Shown in pieces: positions 1 through 8,257 of a stretch of DNA of 16,063 nucleotides (position 1 is its first letter; each line of letters begins with the position of its first letter). The translations under genes and the position numbers were made by a program. The stretch comes from a bacterium (lineage in GTDB: Bacteria; Zhuqueibacterota; Zhuqueibacteria; Oceanimicrobiales; Oceanimicrobiaceae): contig JBHIAC010000073.1 in NCBI GenBank assembly GCA_046758365.1, forward strand, positions 1 to 16,063. Direction: 5' to 3'. The notes beneath the pieces are model-generated. The model saw only the letters and a program-made list of their open reading frames with translations, did not search any database and had not been told where the DNA came from.

Positions 1-38
1 CCTCGTAATGACAGGAAGGGAACTTTTTCGACAGTCTC
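1..38. mobile_element. Probable end of a MITE/IS-like element (runs off the window)
   Basis: 1-13 CCTCGTAATGACA resembles the end of the widespread TGTCATTGCGAG...CTCGCAATGACA palindromic repeats. 22-38 ACTTTTTCGACAGTCTC (reverse complement GAGACTGTCGAAAAAGT) resembles IS5/IS1182-type terminal inverted repeats. Resemblance is recalled, not searched; no transposase is in view. Confidence 0.45.
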
Positions 39-70
39 AACAGGCCAATCAATGAGGTCGTTGATTGAGT

Positions 71-154
71 CTACTTTGTCAATTCATCGTCTGTTGTAAA
101 TATAAAAGTTACGGACTCTAATTCTCCAAAAATTGAGTTTATTAACAACGTCAT
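71..154 (-). CDS. Possible 27-aa small ORF MTLLINSIFGELESVTFIFTTDDELTK
   Basis: ATG at 154, TAG at 73-71. It lies just downstream of the 178-206 promoter and is followed by an inverted repeat at 46-67. No clear RBS. Confidence 0.25.
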   Translation of the reverse strand: MTLLINSIFGELESVTFIFTTDDELTK

Positions 155-177
155 CAATCTATTCGTATAGCCGAGGT

Positions 178-206
178 AATATAACCAACAATCTGTGTGC
201 TGTCAA
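178..206 (-). promoter_or_regulatory. Sigma70-type promoter pointing left
   Basis: Minus strand TTGACA (206-201), 17-nt spacer, TATATT (183-178): perfect -35 and 5/6 -10. Confidence 0.6.
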
Positions 207-386
207 GCAAAAAGTATGACGATGATACGTTTGTCTTTAACCACCTTAATATTATTAATCTACCAGATTTTGTGGGCAGCATTTTTACTGTTAAGACATT
301 CAGATCAGTACTGAACAATTCAACTAAGGATACTGTCTGGTGGCGAGAAATTTAAAGTTCTAAGGAATGAAAGTTTAGTTCGTGGC

Positions 387-1460
387 TTAATTCCCGTAGA
401 ATTTTGCTCTTAATCGAATCCCTGCTCCTTCAATTTGATCCCGATAAGCCTGAAAAAACTTTTTAATCGTTTTTGGGCCTACAAAATAAGCCGTACCATA
501 TTCTACCATAATTTCATTTTTGACTATTAGATTTTCAAAATCGTTCTGAGTCAATTGATAACCCATTGGTAAAGAATTTTTGGGAGCAATAAATTCAAGG
601 TTACTGCGAGGTACGCTTTTAATCAATCCAACAAAAACCAACTTTGTCCGGTCTTTTGAAATAGCAAAAACTGGCCCGCCTGAAAAACCAAATCTTACCA
701 CGGCATCTACAGCTAAAGTACCAGGATAAGGAGCTTCACTCACCCAGCCTCCGGTCATCTGTTTTATTCCTCTTGGGAAACCAAATAGAAATACCCAATC
801 ACCCCAACTCAAATTTAAATTGTATCCAAACTCATTGGGAAATTCAGTTCCTAATAGCCTACTGGTTTGTACTTCAATTACCGCTAAATCATTAATTGGA
901 TCATTGCTTAGCACCTCTGCTTGAACGCGCCAATTGCTACGCCCTCGTACAGACACATTCACATCTTTAACAATATATCTAGCAAATAATACGTCTGTAG
1001 GCAGGTTGTTTTCATCCATATAATAAACATCTGTTGTATCATTAGGTGAAACCAAATGATTGCTGGTCAATATTGTATATCTGGACTTATCGCGATCAAT
1101 GTCAATGATTAAACCACCTCCAGAAATGGTCTTTTGAGTCTTTTCAACCATTATCCCATTTTTACCATCACCTGAGTGAAGTTTATATTTAAGCGGGCTT
1201 TTCGGATCAGGGACAACCTGACCATTTTCAATCACGTAATTGTAATTTTGAATTTCATACTTTATATCCGTATTAATTCCAACAACAGAGTTAGCAACAC
1301 CCCTAAGTTCATCTCTTAATGCATCAGATAAAAGAGACACGCCATTCTGAATTTGCGTTGAAGGCATATTTCCAGCGCATTCTATTAAAGTTATAGATAA
1401 CATTAACAGAAAGAAACCTAATTTGAAAATTTTCAAAATATAATTCTCAAATATTTTCAA
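387..1460 (-). CDS. Trypsin-like (S1 / Trypsin_2) serine protease, probable lipoprotein
   Basis: Catalytic triad motifs TSNH (His), NDLAVI (Asp) and GFSGGP (Ser). Hydrophobic N-terminus ending LIEC (atypical lipobox). No PDZ domain evident. TTG start uncertain. Confidence 0.85.
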   Translation of the reverse strand: MKIFENYILKIFKLGFFLLMLSITLIECAGNMPSTQIQNGVSLLSDALRDELRGVANSVVGINTDIKYEIQNYNYVIENGQVVPDPKSPLKYKLHSGDGKNGIMVEKTQKTISGGGLIIDIDRDKSRYTILTSNHLVSPNDTTDVYYMDENNLPTDVLFARYIVKDVNVSVRGRSNWRVQAEVLSNDPINDLAVIEVQTSRLLGTEFPNEFGYNLNLSWGDWVFLFGFPRGIKQMTGGWVSEAPYPGTLAVDAVVRFGFSGGPVFAISKDRTKLVFVGLIKSVPRSNLEFIAPKNSLPMGYQLTQNDFENLIVKNEIMVEYGTAYFVGPKTIKKFFQAYRDQIEGAGIRLRAKFYGN

Positions 1461-1534
1461 AATTTAACCACAGAGAATTTAGAGTATTTTCTATAGTTAC
1501 TCTTTGAATTTAAATTTTCCTACTGTTATTTGAA

Positions 1535-1551
1535 ACTTTTGACACGACCTC
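1535..1551. mobile_element. Solo IS/MITE terminal-inverted-repeat-like remnant
   Basis: ACTTTTGACACGACCTC has the same ACTTTT...CTC pattern and orientation as 22-38. Confidence 0.3.
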
Positions 1552-1705
1552 AATTTTTGGAATTAACTTTTTGTTGAATTTGTCTAAATTATTTACTCCC
1601 AACTTATTTATTTCATCCAGCCCTTTTTCAATTTTTTCAACTAACTGGTTGCCATTATACTAATTCCTCAGGCTTTAACCTGCTTTTCTACGGTAGAATC
1701 TAAAT

Positions 1706-2731
1706 TCATTTAAAATATGTCATCCCCATGGCCTGTCTCATCAATCGTACTGTTTCACGTCCTTCTTTGGTAACAACCTCTGTACCGTGTTGAATAACTT
1801 CCTCGACAAACTTGGGCATGGCTATGTATTTTTGCCGCCGCTCTCGAAATGGTTCAAGAAAATTATTGATAGCAGTTATCAACCGCTTCTTTACTTCTAC
1901 ATCTCCCACTCTGCCTTTGCGGTAACGATCCTTGAGTTCTTTTACTTCTTCTTTATTAGAATTAAAAGCATCATGGTAAATAAAAATTGGATTCCCTTCT
2001 ACATGTCCTGGGTCTGTGGCGTGAATTCTGGTGGGGTCGGTGTACATATTCATGACTTTTTTCGCCACCACTTCATCATCGTCAGAAATGAATATGGCAT
2101 TATTCAAGCTCTTGCTCATTTTAGCTTTTCCATCTGTCCCCACAAGGGTAGCCACTTCACCAATCAATGCCTCAGGTTCTGGAAAGACTTTACCATATTG
2201 CTGATTGAATCTCCGAGCAATTTCTCGACACAGTTCAATATGGGACTCTTGGTCCTTTCCCACTGGAACAAGGTCAGCTCTTACAATCAAAATATCGGCC
2301 GCTTGCAGAACTGGATAGGCCAAGAGGCCCGCCGATGGATTTTCAATAAATTGGTCCGCCATGACCTCTTTAAGTGTGGGCACCCGCTGTAAACGCGGAA
2401 CCGTGACAAGCATGGAAAAAAATAGGTAAATTTCCGCTACTTCTGGCACCAAAGACTGTACGTAGATGGTAGTTTTTTCAGGGTCTATTCCAACACTTAA
2501 ATAGTCCAGTATCATTTCTCGCGAATTCTCAGCCACCTCAAGAATATTTTTTTTCTCATTGTGGGTGGTGAGCATATGGTAATCGGCAACCAATAAAAAT
2601 ACTTCGTATTCATCTTGTAGTCGTACCCGATTGACCAAGGTGCCAACATAGTGCCCTAGATGAAGCTTTCCGGTAGGCCTATCTCCAGTTAAAATTCTTT
2701 TTCTTTTTTTTAAGGTTTCGGTTGTGTTCAT
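1706..2731 (-). CDS. trpS: Tryptophan--tRNA ligase
   Basis: [13 protein letters not shown] (HIGH-type), [20 protein letters not shown] and KMSKS motifs; 341 aa; AGGGG RBS upstream. Confidence 0.98.
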   Translation of the reverse strand: MNTTETLKKRKRILTGDRPTGKLHLGHYVGTLVNRVRLQDEYEVFLLVADYHMLTTHNEKKNILEVAENSREMILDYLSVGIDPEKTTIYVQSLVPEVAEIYLFFSMLVTVPRLQRVPTLKEVMADQFIENPSAGLLAYPVLQAADILIVRADLVPVGKDQESHIELCREIARRFNQQYGKVFPEPEALIGEVATLVGTDGKAKMSKSLNNAIFISDDDEVVAKKVMNMYTDPTRIHATDPGHVEGNPIFIYHDAFNSNKEEVKELKDRYRKGRVGDVEVKKRLITAINNFLEPFRERRQKYIAMPKFVEEVIQHGTEVVTKEGRETVRLMRQAMGMTYFK

Positions 2732-2758
2732 TCGTTACCCCTGCTTAGTAAAATTAAC

Positions 2759-3169
2759 CTACGACTCTGCCGCTTTCTTCTCTAGATCGCGTCGTCTCGG
2801 TCGTACGGGCTGCCCCTCTTTTACAGGCTCCCGCTCCCACTGCTGATCCACAATGCTTTGAAGAGTCCAATCAGGTGCAATTTTATAGGCTTCGTCAAAT
2901 GAAAACATTTCAATTGTCTCCCAAGGACAAAACTGAGCGCAAAGGGTACAACCAATACAACGTGATAGGTCCACTTCCACCAATTTATGTACAGTTGGTT
3001 TTTCGGGGTCTGGACCTGGAACTAGTTCGATGCAGTCCACAGGACAAAAATCTACACAAACCATACACCCAGTACATCCACCTTGATTTATGACCGCTAA
3101 CTGTTTAGGTCTACGCTTTACTCGTATTGCCGCTGCTTTTTGATATTTTGGCTCCGTCAATATTGGCAT
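2759..3169 (-). CDS. 2x[4Fe-4S] dicluster ferredoxin
   Basis: Two CxxCxxCxxxCP motifs (CTGCMVCVDFCP, CIGCTLCAQFCP); GGAGGAG RBS; 27 bp upstream of trpS, probably co-transcribed. Confidence 0.93.
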   Translation of the reverse strand: MPILTEPKYQKAAAIRVKRRPKQLAVINQGGCTGCMVCVDFCPVDCIELVPGPDPEKPTVHKLVEVDLSRCIGCTLCAQFCPWETIEMFSFDEAYKIAPDWTLQSIVDQQWEREPVKEGQPVRPRRRDLEKKAAES

Positions 3170-3193
3170 ATTAAACTCCTCCGATTAGATCTC

Positions 3194-3250
3194 TTACTTT
3201 TCTAACTTAGCTTTTAACGCTTTATAAAGCTCCTCAGCTTCATCATACAT
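3194..3250 (-). other. 18-aa ORF or 3' gene remnant MYDEAEELYKALKAKLEK
   Basis: ATG at 3250, TAA at 3196-3194. The peptide reads as a natural amphipathic helix and stops 24 bp before the ferredoxin start. Confidence 0.3.
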
Positions 3251-3332
3251 TTTTTTTCGTTTTTCAAAAATTTTGAATTTACAAAAAATACGTACTGCAA
3301 GGCTTTACTTTTAACCAAAGGGCAATTTTGAT

Positions 3333-3881
3333 CTATCCGGTTTTATTTAAATCAATCCCTCTGTAAAACTTTAAGTCAATAGCTTTTCTTGATTTAACAA
3401 AATAAACAATCTGGCCTAGGTGGTAAGAGAAATGTTCCATTACATGTACTAAAATGCTGATACCTGATTCGTCAAATCCTTGTACATATCTTTTGTCCAA
3501 AAGAGTTTTTGGATTTAAGTTATGCAGTACGGACCGGGCTTCATCCATGGTTTTTTCCAAACGCTCTAAAAGCTCTATTGTGGGAATAGGTCCCGGCTCT
3601 GAAAATTCTTTAGAACGTACACGTGTATCAGGCGCTCCACCAAGCCCAGAAATGATCCACTGTCTGACATTTCCACACAAATGAAGAATCAAGTTACCAA
3701 CACTCACCGTTTCTGAATTGGGGCTAAACCAAATCTCCTCTTGGGTTAGAAGGGTAAGACACTTTTTTAGCCGGGGTAAAGATTCATCAAACAGTCTTCT
3801 TTCACACTCAGTAATGAAAATTTGTTCGAACGATTTGGTATTAATGTTCATATTAATTAAAGCTAAATTATAAAAGTACAC
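3333..3881 (-). CDS. DinB-superfamily protein (DUF1572-like)
   Basis: SVGNLILHLCGNVRQWI and HVMEHFSYHLGQI His motifs typical of DinB four-helix bundles. True start may be the ATG at 3851 (MNINTK). Confidence 0.88.
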   Translation of the reverse strand: MYFYNLALINMNINTKSFEQIFITECERRLFDESLPRLKKCLTLLTQEEIWFSPNSETVSVGNLILHLCGNVRQWIISGLGGAPDTRVRSKEFSEPGPIPTIELLERLEKTMDEARSVLHNLNPKTLLDKRYVQGFDESGISILVHVMEHFSYHLGQIVYFVKSRKAIDLKFYRGIDLNKTG

Positions 3882-3908
3882 TATGGCTTAAAAAGCTAAC
3901 AATGGGCT

Positions 3909-4331
3909 TTAGTGCTTGGCCATCCCATCAGATTTAAATGTTTTAAACCGACTTTGTACCATAATACATGCATTGGCCAGATAATTGAAATTATGTTTCT
4001 GTAGGAAAGTCAAAACTTCTGGACTTTCTGCACCAGGCTGTACCCAAACATTCATTATGCCTAAGTCCAGACATTGCTGAAGTATATTGATGGTCATTTC
4101 TGGTGGCACCACGATGTTTACAATGGTCGGTTTCTCTTGAATGTCCGCAAGGCTTTGAAAGACCCGATCTCCGTCAACCGTTGCTCTTTTTGGATTCACT
4201 GGATAGACGTGAAAGCCTTTCTGTTTGAGATCACGATAAATTACATAACCGTATTTAGATGGGTTATCCGTGGCCCCGACAACGGCGATGGTTGTTTCAG
4301 GCTTGTCTAAAAGTGCAGCAATGTCTTTCAT
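3909..4331 (-). CDS. CoA-binding protein (YccU-like, CoA_binding_2)
   Basis: TIAVVGATDNPSKYGY, VYPVNPK, VWVQPGAES and ACIMV motifs; 140 aa. Confidence 0.93.
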   Translation of the reverse strand: MKDIAALLDKPETTIAVVGATDNPSKYGYVIYRDLKQKGFHVYPVNPKRATVDGDRVFQSLADIQEKPTIVNIVVPPEMTINILQQCLDLGIMNVWVQPGAESPEVLTFLQKHNFNYLANACIMVQSRFKTFKSDGMAKH

Positions 4332-4367
4332 AATTAACCAATATATAATAATAGCAATATTAATCCA

Positions 4368-6002
4368 TCATGGACTCTTGACCCTCCACCGTCCATCCCA
4401 GTTAAACATTTCATAGCGATTGGTCATGGGAAAGTAAGGAGGTCGGCGAGTCTCCAGTCGCTTGTCGAAACGTACTCGAGTGGCGTAGCGCGGTTCAGTA
4501 GCTGTTAATGAACCAGCAGAAAGACTCCCATAAATATAGAGTGTGGCTTCTCCATTTCCATATAAATTACCAACTCTAAATCGCCGTTTGGCAAAGATAG
4601 AGGCAAAGATGTTAAGGTCGCCAGGACCCGTGACAGAAGGACGGGCGATTTCGATATCCTTCTCACTTACCAAGCCCAGGTAGTCATCCGAGAAAGTAAA
4701 AATTTCGGGATTGTGAACGTAAGTTAAATCATCATCGATAATAATTTTGCCGGCAGAATAGACAAGAACTTTCCCTTTGATAACACCTTTAACATGGATA
4801 ACCGATTTCTTAATTCCTGCAATCAAAAAGGGTTCTTCTTTAGGAAGCTTGTGTCGCTGAACATTATCCTGCGCCGAGGCAGTTTGCCAAGAATATGATC
4901 CGTCACGATTAAACGTGATCCAAGTCTCTTCTGTTAAAAGATGACTGTGACTGCTATCGGTGGTGGCGTCCAAAGAGAATGGCAAAAAGTTTTTAGGAAT
5001 ACGAATAGGCTTTACCCCAAATTCAATCCCACCAAGAAAAACAGATTCTTGATCAAAGAATGGAAAGTTCCCATCACCAGAACGCACTTTATAGCCCGCG
5101 GTACTGACTTTGCCGTTAAATTTCGGTATTATTCCACGTCGTCTACTAACCGTAAAAGATGTGTTGGTGTGAAAGCGACCATCCAATTCATCATTATGGA
5201 CAGCGACGTAAGGATCCCAATAATCCACGAATTGCGCAAAATTTGAGAAGGCCATTCGTCTCATACGCATCTCTGTGATTAACCTTTGGCCACTCTCTTT
5301 TGTACTTACCTCGACTAAGACCTCATCAAGTCCCATGTTAGATTGTGCGGACCGAAGGTGCAATTTGACATCATAGCGCTGGCCTTTTATTTTCCAAACA
5401 AACGTTGAATCAGAATATTCTAATTTATGCAGTTTCTGAGCTAATTTCTTTACTTTCTTCAACAAATGCTTCCGTTGCTTCTTTGACATAGTAATTTTGG
5501 CTGATACGAGATTTGGGGTTCGAATATCTAAGCGATGCAGGTATCGTGTTAAAGGCTCGAGAGAGCTGATGTAAAACGGCTTTATTAATTTATTTTTACT
5601 TTTCTCTTTTGGAACATAGTTTAATTCTTCTACGGCCAACGCACTTTTACTCACGTTTTTGGTTTGTAATTCATTTGAGGAAATTTCGCGAGATAAAGGT
5701 TTAGTTGGTAAATCCTGTGGTTGTTCTTGAGTCTTATTATGCGCAATCGCTGGCTGAAATTCTTTTTTGTTATTACCTTCTTCGCTAAACTGCCTAATGT
5801 CTTCAGTAGGGATGTAAGCAAAATCAAATACTAATGGCGGTTTATAAAGATTCGGCACTTCAAAAAGAACCACGATTAAGGACATGATGAAAAACAAAAT
5901 TGCGTGTAAGAAGATCGAAAGCAGACAAGCTTTACGAAAAAATAATGGCTGTCTTAAAAGTCTCAATATTTTTTCTTTTGCCCAACGATTGAAATACATC
6001 AT
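4368..6002 (-). CDS. Membrane-anchored hypothetical protein: TonB-like N-terminal TM (SxxxH), polar linker, PilX/DUF4900-like C-terminal region
   Basis: TM segment LLSIFLHAILFF. C-terminal motifs DGRFHTN, DDYLGLVSEKDIEIA, LYIYGSL and FDKRL...PPYFP resemble PilX/DUF4900-like proteins (recalled similarity). ATGATG at 6002 preferred over TTG at 6095. Confidence 0.7.
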   Translation of the reverse strand: MMYFNRWAKEKILRLLRQPLFFRKACLLSIFLHAILFFIMSLIVVLFEVPNLYKPPLVFDFAYIPTEDIRQFSEEGNNKKEFQPAIAHNKTQEQPQDLPTKPLSREISSNELQTKNVSKSALAVEELNYVPKEKSKNKLIKPFYISSLEPLTRYLHRLDIRTPNLVSAKITMSKKQRKHLLKKVKKLAQKLHKLEYSDSTFVWKIKGQRYDVKLHLRSAQSNMGLDEVLVEVSTKESGQRLITEMRMRRMAFSNFAQFVDYWDPYVAVHNDELDGRFHTNTSFTVSRRRGIIPKFNGKVSTAGYKVRSGDGNFPFFDQESVFLGGIEFGVKPIRIPKNFLPFSLDATTDSSHSHLLTEETWITFNRDGSYSWQTASAQDNVQRHKLPKEEPFLIAGIKKSVIHVKGVIKGKVLVYSAGKIIIDDDLTYVHNPEIFTFSDDYLGLVSEKDIEIARPSVTGPGDLNIFASIFAKRRFRVGNLYGNGEATLYIYGSLSAGSLTATEPRYATRVRFDKRLETRRPPYFPMTNRYEMFNWDGRWRVKSP

Positions 6003-6093
6003 ATCTACTACTAACTGTAAAATAAATAAAAAACGTAGGAGCAAAAACACTAAAACCCAACGCGGACAAACCGCAACTAAAAAGGTTTTTAAC

Positions 6094-6118
6094 AAAAAAA
6101 TCTATCCCAACGGATAGA
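6094..6118 (-). terminator. Putative intrinsic terminator in the 5' leader of the 4368-6002 gene
   Basis: Minus strand TCTATCC-GTTG-GGATAGA-TTTTTTT: 7-bp stem, 4-nt loop, 7 U. Confidence 0.5.
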
Positions 6119-6371
6119 AACAAACCAACCGATACAAAATCATTTCATCCGTTGGAAATTGTTTTTTCTCATTTCTTTACTTTTTTAGCACAGAATTTAC
6201 TTAAAAGATACCAATAACCGCCAATTATAATTTAACTCATTTAACTAAAAAAGCAAGTATTTTTAAAAAACAATAGTCCTGGAGCACGAGGAAATTGCCT
6301 GGAATAGATAAGGGAGAATACTGAGAAAAGCTGGTACTTACTTAGTCATCTGACCGAAGAGTCTCAAAACG

Positions 6372-6483
6372 CTGTAGCCCAGATTTTCCTGAATTATATT
6401 CAATAATAAAAGTCGAAGTTCTCACCTGCCAAAAGACTCATATATTCAAATTAATATTCCAGAAGGAAAATCGGGGCCTATAG
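6372..6483. repeat. Imperfect inverted-repeat pair (REPIN/MITE-like, 112 bp)
   Basis: CTGTAGCCCAGATTTTCCT (6372-6390) versus AGGAAAATCGGGGCCTATAG (6464-6483; reverse complement CTATAGGCCCCGATTTTCCT). Confidence 0.55.
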
Positions 6484-6548
6484 TATTAACTATCAAATCT
6501 TCGTTTTTTTGAAAAGAAATGGCATATATTGCGGAATAATATATTGGG

Positions 6549-6618
6549 ATTGTTGCATTGTTCCCTGGTTGAATTGTTAGTCAGGGCCAACAGTAGAACA
6601 ATGAAACAATAGAACAAT
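6549..6618. repeat. Inverted pair of 4x octamer tandem repeats (ATTGTTnn / AACAATnn)
   Basis: ATTGTT-gc-ATTGTT-cc-CTGGTT-ga-ATTGTT (6549-6578), 10-nt spacer, AACAGT-ag-AACAAT-ga-AACAAT-ag-AACAAT (6589-6618). Confidence 0.8.
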
Positions 6619-6721
6619 CCGTTGCTCCTTTGTTGAATTGATAATATTTGCGATTTCGTGGCGCTAGGTTTTAAGCCATGAATCATTTTTACCCCAAAAT
6701 TATTTCCTTGGCAACCTATCA

Positions 6722-7957
6722 TTAATTTACAGCATTCACTGGAGAACGCTCTTTTAACAATTTCAATGGTTTTGCTGCAAAAAGATATCTCAGCGCTCTA
6801 TGCGTTCCTTTGATTTTTAATGGTGGGATATTTAACCTATAGATTAATTTATCTCTCTCAGTGGCTGATTTGATTTCTGTGTAAAGCATATAAATTGCCC
6901 GTAAATATGCCACCTGATCAGAATTAAGCATTCCTTGTTTAATCAAACTGTATTGTAAATGGTATTGTTCTGAAAGGGCAACTTCTACCATAGGACTATA
7001 ACTGGGACGATTAGGATGAATAGAATCTTTATTCTTTTTCATTTTTCTCAGTCTTTTATTTAGTTTTGCCAATTTATTTTCATTCAAATCAAAGCATACT
7101 GAATCTCCATATTTCAATATCGTATATACTGCTTCCAATAACTCCTTTTGCTTTACTACTTTTGGATTCTGATGATCTGTAATTGTATTAAGAATAAACC
7201 GTGCTTTATTCAGATAAGTAACAGCACTTTCATTATCATTTAAAATACGTAAGGCTGATGAGATAATAAGGTAATTCCAGGGATTGACATAGAGCTTAGT
7301 TCGTGTATCTTTAAAAGCAAAATTATTCTCTAACAATCTTAATACATTTATATGAGAAGAATCAATCTTTTTCCCATGGTAAGCCTCAATTCTTAAAGCA
7401 TTTTGAAAGCATGTTATTGCTTCTCTTAAAAAATCCGTGTAGTGTTTTTGCCGACCATTTATTATTAATCCCCTCTCTGATTGCTGTACAATACCGGCTA
7501 GATCTAATTTCGCTCTTCCTAATCTCTCATAGAGTCTAACACTTACTGGAAATTTTTTTAAATATAGTTCTACATGGGTCTGAATTTTTAACAAACAATG
7601 TATTGCTTTATTCAATTCAGTTGATGTAATGATACCTTTAACAGGCACATACTCATTATTCTTCAAGCTCCATAAAAAATAGTAGAGTTTGTTTGGAACC
7701 TTCTTAAAAAGTATCGAAGTTTCATTAATTACAACATTTTCTGATTTTCCATTGGTTCTTTTATTAAACAAGGCAATGAATTGTTTTGAAGGCAATTCTT
7801 CATTCAACACTTTGCTAATGAGATGTGTTGGAATGTTTTGGTCAACTCTAAATTCATTGTTTAATCTTATTAAATCATCTAAACTGTGTATATTACTTGC
7901 GCCGATGATTTCTTTAAAATATGACCGTGAACTTAAAGTCTTATTATTCTCAATCAA
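6722..7957 (-). CDS. Hypothetical protein with TPR-like helical repeats
   Basis: 411-codon ORF in visibly AT-rich DNA, so unlikely by chance. TPR-like segments YERLGRAKLDL, LREAITCFQNALRI and PWNYLIISSALRILNDNESAVTYLNKA. GGGGTGGTGG precedes the TTG start. Confidence 0.75.
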   Translation of the reverse strand: MIENNKTLSSRSYFKEIIGASNIHSLDDLIRLNNEFRVDQNIPTHLISKVLNEELPSKQFIALFNKRTNGKSENVVINETSILFKKVPNKLYYFLWSLKNNEYVPVKGIITSTELNKAIHCLLKIQTHVELYLKKFPVSVRLYERLGRAKLDLAGIVQQSERGLIINGRQKHYTDFLREAITCFQNALRIEAYHGKKIDSSHINVLRLLENNFAFKDTRTKLYVNPWNYLIISSALRILNDNESAVTYLNKARFILNTITDHQNPKVVKQKELLEAVYTILKYGDSVCFDLNENKLAKLNKRLRKMKKNKDSIHPNRPSYSPMVEVALSEQYHLQYSLIKQGMLNSDQVAYLRAIYMLYTEIKSATERDKLIYRLNIPPLKIKGTHRALRYLFAAKPLKLLKERSPVNAVN

Positions 7958-8018
7958 GTTCCACCACCCCTAAAAATCTATTTAAGTAAAATTAAATAGC
8001 GGTTAATAATCTATACCT

Positions 8019-8213
8019 CTATTTGTTTGAATTAATACTTAAATAATTTTTTATGTTTGGGAGACTTTTCAAATGCGCGGATTTGTTTTGAGTGCAGATG
8101 ACAGAATGCAATACAGCTTGTGCAGGATTATTCGCAGAAAGAGTTTTTATCGATAACGGTTGATTTACATACCTTCCGCGCACAGGTAAGAAATTGTAGA
8201 TTATTAGTTCCAT
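8019..8213 (-). CDS. Small hypothetical protein (64 aa)
   Basis: ATG at 8213 with GAAAGGG 6 nt upstream; lies just downstream of the predicted sigma54 start site (about 8230). Confidence 0.45.
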   Translation of the reverse strand: MELIIYNFLPVRGRYVNQPLSIKTLSANNPAQAVLHSVICTQNKSAHLKSLPNIKNYLSINSNK

Positions 8214-8240
8214 CTTTTGCCCCTTTCAAACATCTCTACA

Positions 8241-8257
8241 TGCAAAAGATATGCCAG
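8241..8257 (-). promoter_or_regulatory. Sigma54 (RpoN) -24/-12 promoter
   Basis: Minus strand CTGGCATATCTTTTGCA versus consensus YTGGCACGNNNNTTGCW; exact GG-N10-GC spacing. Confidence 0.75.

Noticed and set aside
1590..1709. Short peptides after trpS ([30 protein letters not shown])
   Set aside because: Could be a decayed gene, but no family is recognisable and the frames are broken, so it is not supportable.
1787..2392. 201-aa plus-strand ORF
   Set aside because: Antisense shadow of trpS with no recognisable motifs.
2875..6123. Short ORFs 2875-3093, 3454-3684, 4074-4310, 4941-5246, 5884-6117 and 5932-6123
   Set aside because: All overlap better-supported genes antisense or out of frame.
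6520..6532. TGGCATATATTGC as a sigma54 promoter
   Set aside because: GG-to-GC spacing is 8 nt, not the required 10.
6486..6722. 78-aa ORF starting at the stop of the TPR-like gene
   Set aside because: It runs through the REP-like remnant (GLKPSAT) and the octamer repeats, so it is most likely repeat-derived.
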